Assembly: GCA_037189525.1 (NCBI GenBank)
Contig: JBBCJC010000005.1
Span: 800,001 to 864,000 of the forward strand
Length of the DNA: 64,000 nt
Direction of reading: 5' to 3'
DNA from: Gemmatimonadales bacterium
Lineage (GTDB): Bacteria; Gemmatimonadota; Gemmatimonadetes; Gemmatimonadales; GWC2-71-9
Of the stretch, positions 31,220 through 42,017 are shown in pieces. How positions within the stretch are numbered: position 1 is the first letter of the stretch; every line of letters starts with the position of its first letter. The notes below the pieces were generated by a model that worked only from the letters and a program-made list of their open reading frames with translations, did no database searches and was not told where the DNA came from. Both the position numbers and the translations under genes were made by a program.

Positions 31220-32373
31220 CACCGTCACGTCCTGGCCGTTCGACCATCGCCATTCACGGTACGCCGCATCGCATTCCCGACGGCGCGCCGGTGGTGCAGC
31301 CGGTCTATCAGAGCACGACGTACGGCTACCCGGTCGGCGGCGGAGGCGATCTGCTCTACGAGCGGTACGGCAACACGCCGAATCAGATCGGACTGGCCAA
31401 GAAGTACGCGTTGCTCGAGGGCGCGGAGGCCGCCGTCATGCTGGGCAGCGGGATGGCAGCGACGGCACTGGCGCACCTTGCGGTGCTCCGCCCCGGCGAC
31501 CATCTGATTTCCAGCGCCTGGATCTACGGCGGCACGAAACAGTTCTTCGATGAGGAACTGGATCGATTGGGCATCGGGGTGAGCTATGTCGACCCCAGCC
31601 AGCCCCGCGCCTGGCGGCGCGCCATTCGGAAGACGACCCGGGCCGTGTTCCTCGAGTCCCCGACCAACCCGCTGATGCGGATCGTCGATCCGGCGCCGGT
31701 TGCTGCGATTGCCCGGGAATCGGGTCTTGCCCTGCTGGTCGACAGCACCTTCGCGAGCCCGATCAATTTCCGGCCGCTGGAACACGGCGCCGACGTGGTG
31801 ATCACCAGCGCCACCAAGTATCTCAACGGGCACTCGGACGTGACGGGTGGCGCGGTTGCCGGAGCGCAAGCCGTGATCGACGAAGTGACCCGCCTGGCGC
31901 GCACTTGGGGACCGGCGCTCAGTTCGCACGCCGCATGGCTGCTCGATCGCGGCCTCAAGACCCTGGCGCTCCGGGTGGCCAGGCACAACACCAACGCCAT
32001 GGCGGTCGCGACCTGGGCCAGCCGGCAGCCCGGCATCGCGGCAGTCCACTACCCCGGCCTCCCGGATCATCCCGATCATGTCGCCGCAGCGCGGCTGCTG
32101 GACGGATTCGGCGGTGTGGTCGGTATCGCACTCGCGGGCGGAGCCGCGGCTGCCGAAACGGTGCTCCGCCGGCTGCGCATCTTTGCCCATGCGCCGAGCC
32201 TTGGCGGTGTCGAAAGCCTGGTCTCGGAACCGCGGCTCACCTCACATGCCGGACTTTCGGCGGAGGAGCGGGCGGCTATCGGGATCCCGGATGGATTCCT
32301 GCGCCTGAGTTGTGGCATCGAAGACGCCGACGATCTGATCGCCGATCTCCGACACGGGCTCGACGGACTATGA
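31216..32373 (+). CDS. Cys/Met metabolism PLP-dependent enzyme (cystathionine gamma-synthase/lyase family)
   Basis: PVYQSTT, YERYGN, SGMAA, ESPTNP, VDSTFASP, SATKYLNGHSD (PLP Lys), APSLGGVESL, LRLSCGIED. Confidence 0.93.
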   Translation: MTPSRPGRSTIAIHGTPHRIPDGAPVVQPVYQSTTYGYPVGGGGDLLYERYGNTPNQIGLAKKYALLEGAEAAVMLGSGMAATALAHLAVLRPGDHLISSAWIYGGTKQFFDEELDRLGIGVSYVDPSQPRAWRRAIRKTTRAVFLESPTNPLMRIVDPAPVAAIARESGLALLVDSTFASPINFRPLEHGADVVITSATKYLNGHSDVTGGAVAGAQAVIDEVTRLARTWGPALSSHAAWLLDRGLKTLALRVARHNTNAMAVATWASRQPGIAAVHYPGLPDHPDHVAAARLLDGFGGVVGIALAGGAAAAETVLRRLRIFAHAPSLGGVESLVSEPRLTSHAGLSAEERAAIGIPDGFLRLSCGIEDADDLIADLRHGLDGL

Positions 32374-33056
32374 TCCGGTTCAATCACGTCTCGAAATCCT
32401 ACCCGAATGGTGTGGTCGGACTGACCGACGTCACCTTCCACATTCCGAAGGGCCAGTTCGTCTTCCTGACGGGCCACTCCGGGGCGGGCAAGTCGTCCAT
32501 TCTGTCGCTCATCTTTGCAGAGCAGCGGCCCACCGAAGGGGACGTCCGGGTTTCGGGATATCAGATTGCCAAGCTGACGAGCAAGGAAATTCCGCGACTC
32601 CGCCGCCGTCTGGGTGTCGTGTTCCAGGACTTCCGCCTGCTCGAATATCGAACCATCGAAGAGAACGTCGCCTTTGCCCTCGAAGTTACCGGCGCTCGGC
32701 GCGAAGGGATTCCCAACCGGGTCATGCGGGTGCTGACTCAGGTGGGACTGGCATCGAAGGCCCGCGCCTATCCGAAGGAACTCTCGGGCGGTGAGCAGCA
32801 ACGGGTCGCGATTGCCCGCGCGCTGGTCAACGATCCGCACATCCTGATTGCCGACGAACCGACCGGAAACCTGGACGAGCGTGCCACGCGCGGCATCTTC
32901 CAGTTGCTCCGGGAAATCAACGCGGGCGGAACGGTCGTCGTCATGGCGACCCACAACATGGACCTGGTGCACGACACCGGGTACCGCACCATCGAACTTC
33001 GCGGCGGCCGGATCGTCTATGACAGCGCCGTCGATGTTCCGGAGGGCACGCCGTGA
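32370..33056 (+). CDS. ftsE: Cell division ATP-binding protein FtsE
   Basis: GHSGAGKS, LRRRLGVVFQDFRLL, LSGGEQQRVAIARALVN, ADEPTGNLD; followed by ftsX. Confidence 0.96.
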   Translation: MIRFNHVSKSYPNGVVGLTDVTFHIPKGQFVFLTGHSGAGKSSILSLIFAEQRPTEGDVRVSGYQIAKLTSKEIPRLRRRLGVVFQDFRLLEYRTIEENVAFALEVTGARREGIPNRVMRVLTQVGLASKARAYPKELSGGEQQRVAIARALVNDPHILIADEPTGNLDERATRGIFQLLREINAGGTVVVMATHNMDLVHDTGYRTIELRGGRIVYDSAVDVPEGTP

Positions 33057-33928
33057 AGCAGCGAACCCCGTTCCGGGAGGCCATGCTGACCTTCCGGCGC
33101 ACTCCCCTGCTCTCCGCGCTGTCGGTGGCGTCGATCGGCTTTTCGCTCTTTACGGTGGGCCTGTTTGCCCTGGTCGCGCTCAACTTTCGGAAAGCGCTCG
33201 ATACCTTGGCAGAACGGGTCGAAGTGGTGGCCTTCGTACTGCGGGGCACGCCGACCGAAGCCATCAGCCAGGCCACCCAGGACATCCAGGCCTTTCCCGA
33301 GGTTCTGTCGGTCAGTTACGTCACGTCCGATGAAGCGCTGAGCCGGGCACGGCGTGAGCTGGTCGAGTTTCGGGAGGCCTATCAGGAACTGGAAGTCAAT
33401 CCGCTGCCGCCGTCGTTCGAAATCCGGTTGCAGCCGACCTTCCGCGATGCCGCCCATGCGCAGGCCGTCGCCGAGCGGCTGCGCGGCTTTCCCTTCATCG
33501 AAGATGTCCGCTACGGCCGGGACTGGGTCGAGCGGCTCGACAAGATCCGTAACATTGCCGCGGCGGTTGGCCTGGTCATTGGGTTTGCTTTTGCGGCCGT
33601 GGCGGTCGTGATCATCGGCGTCACGATCCGAATCACGGTGCTCCAGCGCGCCAAAGAAATCGCCATCATGCGTCTGGTCGGCGCCACCAACGGCTATATC
33701 CGCGGTCCCTTCCTGATCGAAGGGGCCATCAAGGGCGTACTCGGCGGGGCCCTGGCGGTGGTCATGTCGTGGCTGATGTTCTCGGTCTTCCAGCGGACCA
33801 TCGGCGACACCGGCACGACCCTGGCCTTCTTCCGGGCTCCGGAGATCATCCTCATCCTGGTCTTCGGCACCACGATCGGCCTGGGCGGCAGCATCATGTC
33901 GGTCGGCCGACAGCTCAAGAATGTCTGA
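33053..33928 (+). CDS. ftsX: Cell division permease FtsX
   Basis: NPLPPSFEI, TIRITV..RAKEIAIMRLVGATNGYIRGPFLIEG. Confidence 0.95.
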   Translation: MKQRTPFREAMLTFRRTPLLSALSVASIGFSLFTVGLFALVALNFRKALDTLAERVEVVAFVLRGTPTEAISQATQDIQAFPEVLSVSYVTSDEALSRARRELVEFREAYQELEVNPLPPSFEIRLQPTFRDAAHAQAVAERLRGFPFIEDVRYGRDWVERLDKIRNIAAAVGLVIGFAFAAVAVVIIGVTIRITVLQRAKEIAIMRLVGATNGYIRGPFLIEGAIKGVLGGALAVVMSWLMFSVFQRTIGDTGTTLAFFRAPEIILILVFGTTIGLGGSIMSVGRQLKNV

Positions 33929-35153
33929 CACCGGCGCGCTCCGGCGACGGCAGGGCGGCCTGATTGCGCTCCTGGCGATCGGCCTGTGCGCCGCGGCGCC
34001 CGTGTCAGCGCAGCAACCGACCGACCTGGAAAAGAGCCGGCAGCGCCTGGAGGAAATTCGGGCGGAGCGGGAGCGGCTGCGGCGCGATCAGGAACGGCTC
34101 CAGGGACAGGTGCGCGACGCCGGCCGCGAACTCGACAATCTCGAACGGCAGCGCGACGTCACCAACCGGATCGTCAACGAACTCGAGCGGCAGATCGGCG
34201 GGCTCGGTACCCAATTGGACGGGACGGCAACGCAGCTGGCCCTGGCGCAGGACAACCTGATCGATCGGCGGGCGGTGCTGGAACGGCGCTTGGTCGACAT
34301 CTACAAACGCGGCTCGCTCCACACCTTCCAGGTGCTGCTGGCAGCCGAATCGTTCTCCGACTTGCTCTCACGCTACAAGTACCTCTTCCTGACCAGCCGG
34401 CAGGATCGCGCGCTGGTGCGGGACGTCGAACGGCTCCGTAATCGGATCCAGGCGCAGCGCGGCGAGCTGGTCCTGGTCCAGGAGCAGCTCGACCGCCGCC
34501 GCGCCGACCGCGAGGCCGAAATGCGGAGCTACCGCTCGCTCGCGGATGAACGATCGGCCCAGATCCGGCGGCTCCGGCAGAGCACCCAGACGACGGCGCG
34601 CCGCCTCACGATCCTGGCCCGCGACGAGGAACAACTCAACGAGGTGCTGGCCGCGCTGGAGCGGAGCCGCGCGGCCGCCGGGCGGGCACCGGCCCGAGCC
34701 GCCGCACCGGGAGCCCGCCCATCGGCGCCGCGTACGACGGGCGTTTCGACGGCGGACTTAGGCCGGCTCGATTGGCCCGTATCGGGGCGAATCCTCCACA
34801 ACTTCGGTCCCGATACGCTTTCGAGCGGGGCCCGCATCACGCGACACGGCATTTCCATCTCCGCGCCTGCCGGAACTCCGGTCACGACCGTGTCACCCGG
34901 TCGCGTCGTGATGGTTCAGCGACTCGGCACCTATGGCCTCTCCGTGATTCTGGAGCATCCGAGCGGCTACTTCTCGCTCTATATGCAGCTGGCGTCGTCG
35001 GCCGTCAGTGTCGGTGACGAACTCGGTAAGGGGCAAACGGTCGGGACGGTCGGTGGAGAGAACACCGAATTCGGGCCTCACCTGTACTTCGAGATCCGCG
35101 GCGACAAGCAGATCGCGATGGACCCAACCGCCTGGCTCAGGCGACGGAACTAA
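33921..35153 (+). CDS. envC: EnvC-like murein hydrolase activator (coiled coil plus M23-like domain)
   Basis: Signal peptide, long coiled coil, LDWPVSG..FG..HGISI..GTPV, HLYFEIR..DP..WL with degenerate M23 zinc ligands; follows ftsEX. Confidence 0.85.
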   Translation: MSDTGALRRRQGGLIALLAIGLCAAAPVSAQQPTDLEKSRQRLEEIRAERERLRRDQERLQGQVRDAGRELDNLERQRDVTNRIVNELERQIGGLGTQLDGTATQLALAQDNLIDRRAVLERRLVDIYKRGSLHTFQVLLAAESFSDLLSRYKYLFLTSRQDRALVRDVERLRNRIQAQRGELVLVQEQLDRRRADREAEMRSYRSLADERSAQIRRLRQSTQTTARRLTILARDEEQLNEVLAALERSRAAAGRAPARAAAPGARPSAPRTTGVSTADLGRLDWPVSGRILHNFGPDTLSSGARITRHGISISAPAGTPVTTVSPGRVVMVQRLGTYGLSVILEHPSGYFSLYMQLASSAVSVGDELGKGQTVGTVGGENTEFGPHLYFEIRGDKQIAMDPTAWLRRRN

Positions 35154-35249
35154 GCTTTCCGCTGGTCGGAGCTACACGCGTACATAATCGGCTTGGATTT
35201 CTGCACACCTTGCGTGATGGAGTTGAGCTGAGCCTCCCGCCGGTCAATG

Positions 35250-36638
35250 CTACGCAGCATGTGTTGCCGCCGGTTTGCACTTCTGTTCGACCAGGCCGGC
35301 TTCGGCTGCAACGAAGAGATCTTCCGGCGTCAGGATTGTCGCCGAGGGGTAGCTGACCCAGCCGGCCGAAATCGAAAGATTGCTGCCAGCCGCGTCGAAG
35401 GCGTGCTTGGCAAGGGCGCCGCGGAGACGGGTCAGAGTATCCCGCGCACCGGTCTCGTCCGTTTCCGGCAGAATGAACGCAAACTCGTCCCCACCATAGC
35501 GCGCCACGAAATCGGGAGACCGCAGTTCCCGCTGGAACAGGTCGCCCAACTCCCGCAGAATCACGTCACCAGCTTCGATGCCATACTGCTGATTGATGAA
35601 CCGGAGACCGTCGACGTCGACCAGCAGCAACGAGAACCGCCGGCCATAGCGGTCGGACCGCTGCATTTCGTCCCGTACCCGGCGATCCAGCGCATCCAGA
35701 CCGCCGCATCCGGTCAGCGGATCGACTACGCCCGCGCTTGCCTGCCGCCGGTAGACGGTCGCTCGGCGATCCTCCTGTTCGAGCAGCCGCGCGGTCGAGG
35801 CGACCAGCGCTTCGACGAAGGCCACGTCATCGATCCGCAGGTTCGGCTGCGGCAATGCCGTCCGAACCAACAGGACGCCGACGGTGCGCCCTTGAAAGGA
35901 AATCGGCACCGCCACGGCGCTGGTCGGTACCTGCGACATCCTGACGGGAACCGACGACTCGCCAAAGAGCGGATGCTGCGCGACGTTCGGGACGAACGCC
36001 GTGCGTCCGGTGCGCATCGCGTGCCTCACCTCCGGATACTCGGCCAGATCGATTTCGAGGTTGCGGACCTCGGGACGTTCGGCCACCGAAATGAGCCGTC
36101 CGCGGTCGGCGTCGATCGTGAAAATGCAGGCGCAGTGCGCGGCACCGAGGGACGCGGCGATACCGCGCACCAGAAGCTGCAGCATTTCCTCCGGACGGGC
36201 GGCCATCGCCACGTCCTGAAAGACGGCGAAGAGCTGGGCCTGCCCGTTGGCCGACCCCATCGACCGGAACCCGTCGCGTACCCCGCGGAGGCGCGCCACC
36301 ACCCGGGCCACCAGCTCGGGCAGATGGATCGGCCCGACCATCACGTCCAGCGCACCCAGCGAGAGGACCCGTTCGACCAGGTCGGCGGCGCCTTCGGGCA
36401 GCAGTACGATGGTCGGGACGTTACGCCAGGCCTCGTGGGTGATCGGCATCAGCTGATTGGTCAGTTCGTCGCCGACCCGACCGAGCGAAAGGATCACCAG
36501 ATCCGGTGAGCCGGCGTTGCCCGGAGCGTCGGGAAGGCGTCCGGCTTCGCCCAGACCAAAGCCCGCGCTGATCAACGACCGCTCGAGCCCGTCGGGACGG
36601 GCATCTGCATCACCGAGTAAGAGAACGCGAGTATGCAC
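35250..36638 (-). CDS. Diguanylate cyclase (pseudo-receiver, GAF, GGDEF)
   Basis: DPLTG, LLLVDVDGL, RSPD I-site, ARYGGDEF; GAF segment SAVAVPISFQGRTVGVL; degenerate REC N-terminus. Start approximate. Confidence 0.88.
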   Translation of the reverse strand: MHTRVLLLGDADARPDGLERSLISAGFGLGEAGRLPDAPGNAGSPDLVILSLGRVGDELTNQLMPITHEAWRNVPTIVLLPEGAADLVERVLSLGALDVMVGPIHLPELVARVVARLRGVRDGFRSMGSANGQAQLFAVFQDVAMAARPEEMLQLLVRGIAASLGAAHCACIFTIDADRGRLISVAERPEVRNLEIDLAEYPEVRHAMRTGRTAFVPNVAQHPLFGESSVPVRMSQVPTSAVAVPISFQGRTVGVLLVRTALPQPNLRIDDVAFVEALVASTARLLEQEDRRATVYRRQASAGVVDPLTGCGGLDALDRRVRDEMQRSDRYGRRFSLLLVDVDGLRFINQQYGIEAGDVILRELGDLFQRELRSPDFVARYGGDEFAFILPETDETGARDTLTRLRGALAKHAFDAAGSNLSISAGWVSYPSATILTPEDLFVAAEAGLVEQKCKPAATHAA

Positions 36639-37046
36639 GCTGAGTTTCTGGAATCCGGGCGAGTGAGGTCCGACGCTGCTTCGCCGATCCGAGTGACCGG
36701 CAATGACTCGGATTCGCACGATCTGTACCGATCGCGGCCAGCCGGACCACACTGACGCAAGCCGTTCTACTACAAGGAGATAGCGTACTATGACGCAAAG
36801 AATTGCGGTCGCGGACAACCGTTGGATTGTCGCACCGAAGCCACTACGACACCCCGGGGTGCCCTTCGGGACGGACCGGCCCCAACCAAATCGCTTCCAG
36901 ACCGGGACAGGTGTCTCCTGCGGCATAGTCCTTGTCTGGTAGGACCATATGGTCGATCTTTGAGAACTAGTCGCTAACTTCGCACGTTTCAGTTTGCTAC
37001 ACTATTAACGACGGGCGTGGTCCACGTCCCTTTTCATTAAAGGCCT

Positions 37047-38624
37047 ATGAGCACTCCCCCGAATCTGTCGGCCCACGGCATCACCACCAAAACCGTTTGG
37101 GCCAATCTGACGAACCCCGCGCTGAACGAACATGCAGCCCGACGGAACGAAGGCAGTTTCACCGATCACGGCGCCTTTGCCGTCAACACGACCCCGCACA
37201 CGGGGCGCTCTCCCAAAGACAAATTCGTCGTCGATGAACCGGGCTCGACCGGTCGGATCTGGTGGGAAAAGAACGAGCGGATCTCCGAGGCGCACTTCGA
37301 ACGGTTGCTCACCGATGTCCAACAGTATCTGAATGGTTTGCCGGAGCTGTTCGTGCAGGACCTCTACGGCGGCGCCGATCCTGCGTACCGCCTGCCGGTT
37401 CGCTTCCTGACGCCTAATGCCTGGCAAGCGATGTTTGTCCGCAACATGTTCATCCGGCCCGACGCGGCCGATCTCCCCGGGTTCACGCCATCATTCACCG
37501 TCTACCATGCGCCGGAATTCCAGGCGGACCCGGCGACGCACGGAACCCGGACCGGCACCTTCATCGTCCTCAACTTCGCCAAGCGGGTCATTCTGATCGG
37601 CGGAACCCGCTACGCGGGCGAGATGAAGAAGTCGATCTTTACCGTCCTCAATTACCTGTTGCCGACCCAGGGCGTCCTCTCGATGCACTGCTCGGCCAAC
37701 ATCGGGAGCGCCGGCGACACCGCCATTTTCTTCGGGCTCTCGGGCACCGGTAAGACGACGTTGTCGGCCGATCCGAATCGCAAGCTGATCGGCGACGACG
37801 AGCACGGCTGGAGCGACCGCGGCACCTTCAACTTCGAAGGCGGTTGCTACGCCAAAGTGATTCGGCTCTCCGCGGGTGGCGAGCCGGAGATTTATGCCGC
37901 GAGCCATCGGTTCGGCACCGTGCTCGAGAACGTGGTGATCGATCCGGTGACGCGAAAGGTCGACTTCGACAGCCAGGCCATCACCGAGAATACCCGCTCC
38001 AGCTACCCGATCCATTTCATTCCGAACTTCGAGCCGAGCGGGGTGGGCGGGCACCCGAAGAACATCGTGTTCCTGACGGCCGATGCGTTCGGCGTGATGC
38101 CTCCCATCGCGCGGCTCACGCCGGAACAGGCGATGTACCACTTCCTCTCCGGCTATACGGCCAAGGTGGCCGGCACGGAGCGGGGGGTGACGGAGCCGAC
38201 CGCCACATTCTCGTCATGTTTCGGCGCTCCGTTCCTGCCGCTCCACCCGGGCGAATACGCCAAGATGCTGGGCGAACGCATCGCCAAGCATGCCGCCAAC
38301 GTCTGGCTGGTCAACACGGGATGGACCGGCGGCGCCTACGGCGTCGGGTCGCGCATGAAGCTGGCGAATACCCGCGCCATGGTGACGGCGGCGCTGTCCG
38401 GCGCCCTCGATACGGTCTCGTACCGCAAGGACCCGGTCTTCGGATTCGAGGTGCCGACGTCCGTGCCGGGCGTGACCGACAAGGTACTCGACCCGCGCGC
38501 CACCTGGGCCGATGCGGCCGCCTACGATGCGCAGGCGAGCAAGCTGGCCACCATGTTCAAGGACAACTTCAAGGGGTTTGCCGGCCAGGTGCCGGAGGCC
38601 GTGACCAAGGCCGGCCCCGCCTAA
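37047..38624 (+). CDS. pckA: Phosphoenolpyruvate carboxykinase (ATP)
   Basis: [58 protein letters not shown]. Confidence 0.99.
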   Translation: MSTPPNLSAHGITTKTVWANLTNPALNEHAARRNEGSFTDHGAFAVNTTPHTGRSPKDKFVVDEPGSTGRIWWEKNERISEAHFERLLTDVQQYLNGLPELFVQDLYGGADPAYRLPVRFLTPNAWQAMFVRNMFIRPDAADLPGFTPSFTVYHAPEFQADPATHGTRTGTFIVLNFAKRVILIGGTRYAGEMKKSIFTVLNYLLPTQGVLSMHCSANIGSAGDTAIFFGLSGTGKTTLSADPNRKLIGDDEHGWSDRGTFNFEGGCYAKVIRLSAGGEPEIYAASHRFGTVLENVVIDPVTRKVDFDSQAITENTRSSYPIHFIPNFEPSGVGGHPKNIVFLTADAFGVMPPIARLTPEQAMYHFLSGYTAKVAGTERGVTEPTATFSSCFGAPFLPLHPGEYAKMLGERIAKHAANVWLVNTGWTGGAYGVGSRMKLANTRAMVTAALSGALDTVSYRKDPVFGFEVPTSVPGVTDKVLDPRATWADAAAYDAQASKLATMFKDNFKGFAGQVPEAVTKAGPA

Positions 38625-38639
38625 CGACGACGGATCGAC

Positions 38640-38668
38640 GGGAGGCACGGCGCCGCCGGGCCTCCCCT
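38640..38668 (+). terminator. GC-rich hairpin after pckA
   Basis: GGGAGGC...GCCTCCC stem followed by a pyrimidine tract. Confidence 0.4.
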
Positions 38669-38676
38669 TCCCTCTC

Positions 38677-39945
38677 ATGCCCGAAATCATCCGCGATCCC
38701 CTCTGGGACAACATCGAACTCGACGCGACCATGATGGCGGTGGTCGACACGGCGCCAATGCAGCGGCTCCGCTACATTCGCCAGTTGGGGCACGCCTTTC
38801 TCGTCTATCCCGGCGCCACCCACACCCGCTTCGAGCACGCGCTTGGCGCGTATCATCTGACCGGCCGCGCCCTGGCCATTCTGGGCCGGCGGGGCGAGCT
38901 GGAAGGAATTCCCGCTTCAGCGCAGCAAGCAGTGCTACTGGCCGCGCTACTCCATGACATCGGGCACTATCCCTTTTCTCATGGGCTCGAAGAGGCCGGC
39001 TTTGCGCACCATGAGGAACTCGGTGTCGCGCGCCTCCGGACCGGCGAGCTGCGGACGGTGCTCGACGGATTGGGCGGACCGGAACTGATCTCGGAGGTTG
39101 GCGCGCTGATCCAGGGGCGCAGCCAGAACCCGTTGCAAGGTCTGATTTCGGGCTCGCTCGATCTCGACAAGGTCGACTACCTGAGTCGCGATGCGCGCGG
39201 CTGCGGGGTGTCCTACGGCAATTTGGACGTCGACCGGATGCTGGCGACGCTGACCCTGGTGCGCAACGAAGACGGGTTGCTCGAGGTCGGGATTCTCGAC
39301 AAGGGCATCAGCGCGCTCGAAACGATGCTGTTCGGCAAGTATCAGATGTACCGCAACGTGTACTGGCACCATGCGGTCCGATCGGCCACCTGCATGTTCA
39401 AGCGGGCGGTGCGATCGGCCGTGGCGGCCGGACGGATCATGCCGGTGCAACTGGCCGACGCTACCGATGGGGCGCTGATGGAACGGCTACTGGCGTCGGA
39501 GCCGACGGGGCTCGCCCGCGCGGTGCATGAGCGGCGGCTCTACAAGCGCGCGCTCGACGTGCCAGCCAGCGAAGTCCCCACCGGCGGCGGCGACTGGGTG
39601 GAAAGCAACCCCGACTTGCTGGAACAAGTCGAGGACGCCCTGGCGCGGGAGCTTGGCCTCGAGCCGAGCGAACTGTTGCTCGACTACCCGGCCCGCAGCA
39701 ACATGCTGGCCGTCGACCTGCTGCTCAAGACCCGCGAGGGGCAATCGGAGCGGCTCACCGGCGCGGGACGCGCTGGACAGCTTGGTTTGCCGCGCATCGC
39801 GGCGGAGCTCTATCAGAGCGCCCGGCGGCTCCGCGTCTTCACGGCCCGTCCGCTCGGCCGAAACCTCGACCGCGTGGTCGATGTCATCGCGCTCTCTGCA
39901 GAGGACATCAACCGCCGTCTCCGGGCGGGGGCAGTACTGTCGTAG
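38677..39945 (+). CDS. HD-domain phosphohydrolase (SAMHD1/YwfO-like dNTP triphosphohydrolase family)
   Basis: QRLRYIRQLG..VYPGATHTRFEHALG, LLHDIGHYPFSH, DLDKVDYLSRD, MYRNVYWH. Confidence 0.92.
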   Translation: MPEIIRDPLWDNIELDATMMAVVDTAPMQRLRYIRQLGHAFLVYPGATHTRFEHALGAYHLTGRALAILGRRGELEGIPASAQQAVLLAALLHDIGHYPFSHGLEEAGFAHHEELGVARLRTGELRTVLDGLGGPELISEVGALIQGRSQNPLQGLISGSLDLDKVDYLSRDARGCGVSYGNLDVDRMLATLTLVRNEDGLLEVGILDKGISALETMLFGKYQMYRNVYWHHAVRSATCMFKRAVRSAVAAGRIMPVQLADATDGALMERLLASEPTGLARAVHERRLYKRALDVPASEVPTGGGDWVESNPDLLEQVEDALARELGLEPSELLLDYPARSNMLAVDLLLKTREGQSERLTGAGRAGQLGLPRIAAELYQSARRLRVFTARPLGRNLDRVVDVIALSAEDINRRLRAGAVLS

Positions 39946-39999
39946 CCTTCGGTGCGTGGGCACGAGGGATCGCCGCCCTCACCGATCGATACCTCGTGG

Positions 40000-41691
40000 T
40001 CACTGTACCCGAACGACCGTCGGATGCACCCGAGACCGCCCCCCCTCCACCTCCCATTGCTGCGCAGCTCGCCCGCCGCCGGAGACGGCGACCCGAACGG
40101 CTGCCGAGCGATCGACGCCGCAGACATAAAAGGCGCCGGGCGAGGTGAGAGCGGGAATCTCCACAGTCGCCTCGTTGGCGCGAAACTGCAATTTGGAGTG
40201 AAGGCGCGCCCCGCCGAATGCTCGCGCCGGACGGGGCAGCGCCGTCCCGGCAAACGTGATGCTCACGCGCAGGTGCTCCATCGGCCTGCCCGAGACGCTA
40301 TCGACGACCATCAGGCTCAGCAGCCCGCGATCGGCGTTCGCGCCACCGGGTGAACATACGGCATCGTGGAAGGAGGATTCCGAGGGAACGGCAATGTCAC
40401 GCCGCGCCTCGACCGAGCGAGCCATTCGGACCGTATCTCGCCACGGCGCATACCCGACGATCGCAAGCCACGGATGGTGGGCCGTGAGGGTGTACTCCCC
40501 TTCCCCCGGGGTCTCGATCCGATACCGGCCCTGGTCGTCGGTCGTATCCGCCGTCCGCTCTCCCAACGCCACCACCGCGCCGACGAGTGGACGTCCTGCC
40601 AGCGAATCGAACACGACGCCTGTCACGACCGCGCGATCCCGCTCCGTCGCCGAGCCCGCGAGCCTCGCTTCTCCCCCGATATGCCGGTACCCGATCACGG
40701 CCGTCCGATAGCGGCTTTGGCTGGTCCGAGGAATGCGCAGGTTCCATTCGCTTACGATCCACGCCCCCGTCGGTAGCCGGGCAAACTCAACCCGGCCGCC
40801 CAGCCGTCCCAGGACCTCTCGGGAACCCCTCAAGAAGCGGGGCAGGTTGACGAACGTGAAGTCGATGGAACGCAGCTCGAGCGAACGCTCGTTCATCCAG
40901 AGAGTACCGGCGACCTCCGGCACCTTTCGGCCGCCGTGCGGTTCAAAGGTGAGCCCGACGCTGTCACCCCTGGGCACAACCGCACGGAAACAGTGATCCC
41001 TCAGGAACTCATCCGACAATAGCAGGTCCGCATCGGGGCCATAGTAGTCGGTTTGGCGCCCGATCTGCTGGACCCAGCCAAAGCGGCTCAGATCCGCAGG
41101 TTCTGCCGCAGCAAACGGACGCTCGTTCAGACTGAGCCGGGAAGGCGAGAGCTGTTCTCGTCCGATTTCCCCGGTCAGCGATAGCAGGCGTTCATAGGTC
41201 TGAACTTCGAGATGCACCGGGATCTCGGTCCGAACGATCACCGTGCCGAAGAGTGCCTTACGGGCTTCCTCCCAGAGCCGTGCCGTAAGCTCCGCACCGC
41301 GCGCGTCCAGATCGCAGACCACAGGTTGGCTCGCCGCCACAACCACCTCACTCATCTGGAGCGGTGCCTCGTGGAGCCGAAACACGAGTTCATGCACCTG
41401 GCCTTTTGCCAGATCGATGACCCCCGAGTTCTCGCCGCGATAGCCTATCCCGTCCGCGCGGACGACGAACCGTCCCGGAGACGGAGCGCGCAACGTCGCT
41501 CTGCCCCGCGCATCGGCCAGAACCCTGAGAAGCGCTGTCCCCTCGGTATCTCGCAACGTGACCAGGGCGCCGGGCACCGGAGCATCCGACTCGGCTCGAT
41601 GCACCCGAACCGAGACGACCTGTGCCAGCATCACAGCTGGTGCGCCTGCGAGCAGAGTCAGGAACGCAGTCACCCACGCCGTTCGCCGCAT
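40000..41691 (-). CDS. Secreted protein with carboxypeptidase-regulatory-like domains
   Basis: Signal peptide MRRTAWVTAFL; PVPGALVTL..ADARGR..GIGY and VTGVVFDSLAGRPLVGAVV..TTDDQGRY repeats; AGGGGAGAGAG RBS. Confidence 0.8.
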   Translation of the reverse strand: MRRTAWVTAFLTLLAGAPAVMLAQVVSVRVHRAESDAPVPGALVTLRDTEGTALLRVLADARGRATLRAPSPGRFVVRADGIGYRGENSGVIDLAKGQVHELVFRLHEAPLQMSEVVVAASQPVVCDLDARGAELTARLWEEARKALFGTVIVRTEIPVHLEVQTYERLLSLTGEIGREQLSPSRLSLNERPFAAAEPADLSRFGWVQQIGRQTDYYGPDADLLLSDEFLRDHCFRAVVPRGDSVGLTFEPHGGRKVPEVAGTLWMNERSLELRSIDFTFVNLPRFLRGSREVLGRLGGRVEFARLPTGAWIVSEWNLRIPRTSQSRYRTAVIGYRHIGGEARLAGSATERDRAVVTGVVFDSLAGRPLVGAVVALGERTADTTDDQGRYRIETPGEGEYTLTAHHPWLAIVGYAPWRDTVRMARSVEARRDIAVPSESSFHDAVCSPGGANADRGLLSLMVVDSVSGRPMEHLRVSITFAGTALPRPARAFGGARLHSKLQFRANEATVEIPALTSPGAFYVCGVDRSAAVRVAVSGGGRAAQQWEVEGGRSRVHPTVVRVQ

Positions 41692-42017
41692 CTCTCTCCC
41701 CTTCCCTTCCTGATTCGGTCTCCTCGACAAATTGGAGGCTGGTTCCGAACGACACCAGTACCCGGGGCGAGGGCCGTCGCATACCTGCTTGTCAGGGCAC
41801 AAACGGGAACGTAACCTAGGAACGCCGACTCGGTGGTCCACCCATAGGCCCCTTTCGACGGGCTCGATGGGCCGAGGGGCTGTATCCTCAGCGCGCTGAG
41901 CGGCGTACATTCCTCTTCGGGTGTCCGAAGCCCGGCGAGCCGCGATGTCCGATTCCGGCGAGGAGGCACGCCGGTATTCGCCCGGAACGACCTTCCCGTG
42001 AACGATCGAGGTGTGTC

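Noticed and set aside
31905..32369. Apparent N-terminal extension of FtsE
   Set aside because: It overlaps the PLP-enzyme gene in another frame; the real start is the ATGA overlap at 32370.
38677..39945. HD dNTPase as an anti-phage defence gene
   Set aside because: Housekeeping context next to pckA with ordinary codon usage and no defence neighbours.
41700..42015. Possible riboswitch or ncRNA between the divergent secreted-protein genes
   Set aside because: Only short hairpins; no recognisable cobalamin, TPP or c-di-GMP consensus. An Rfam scan would be needed.
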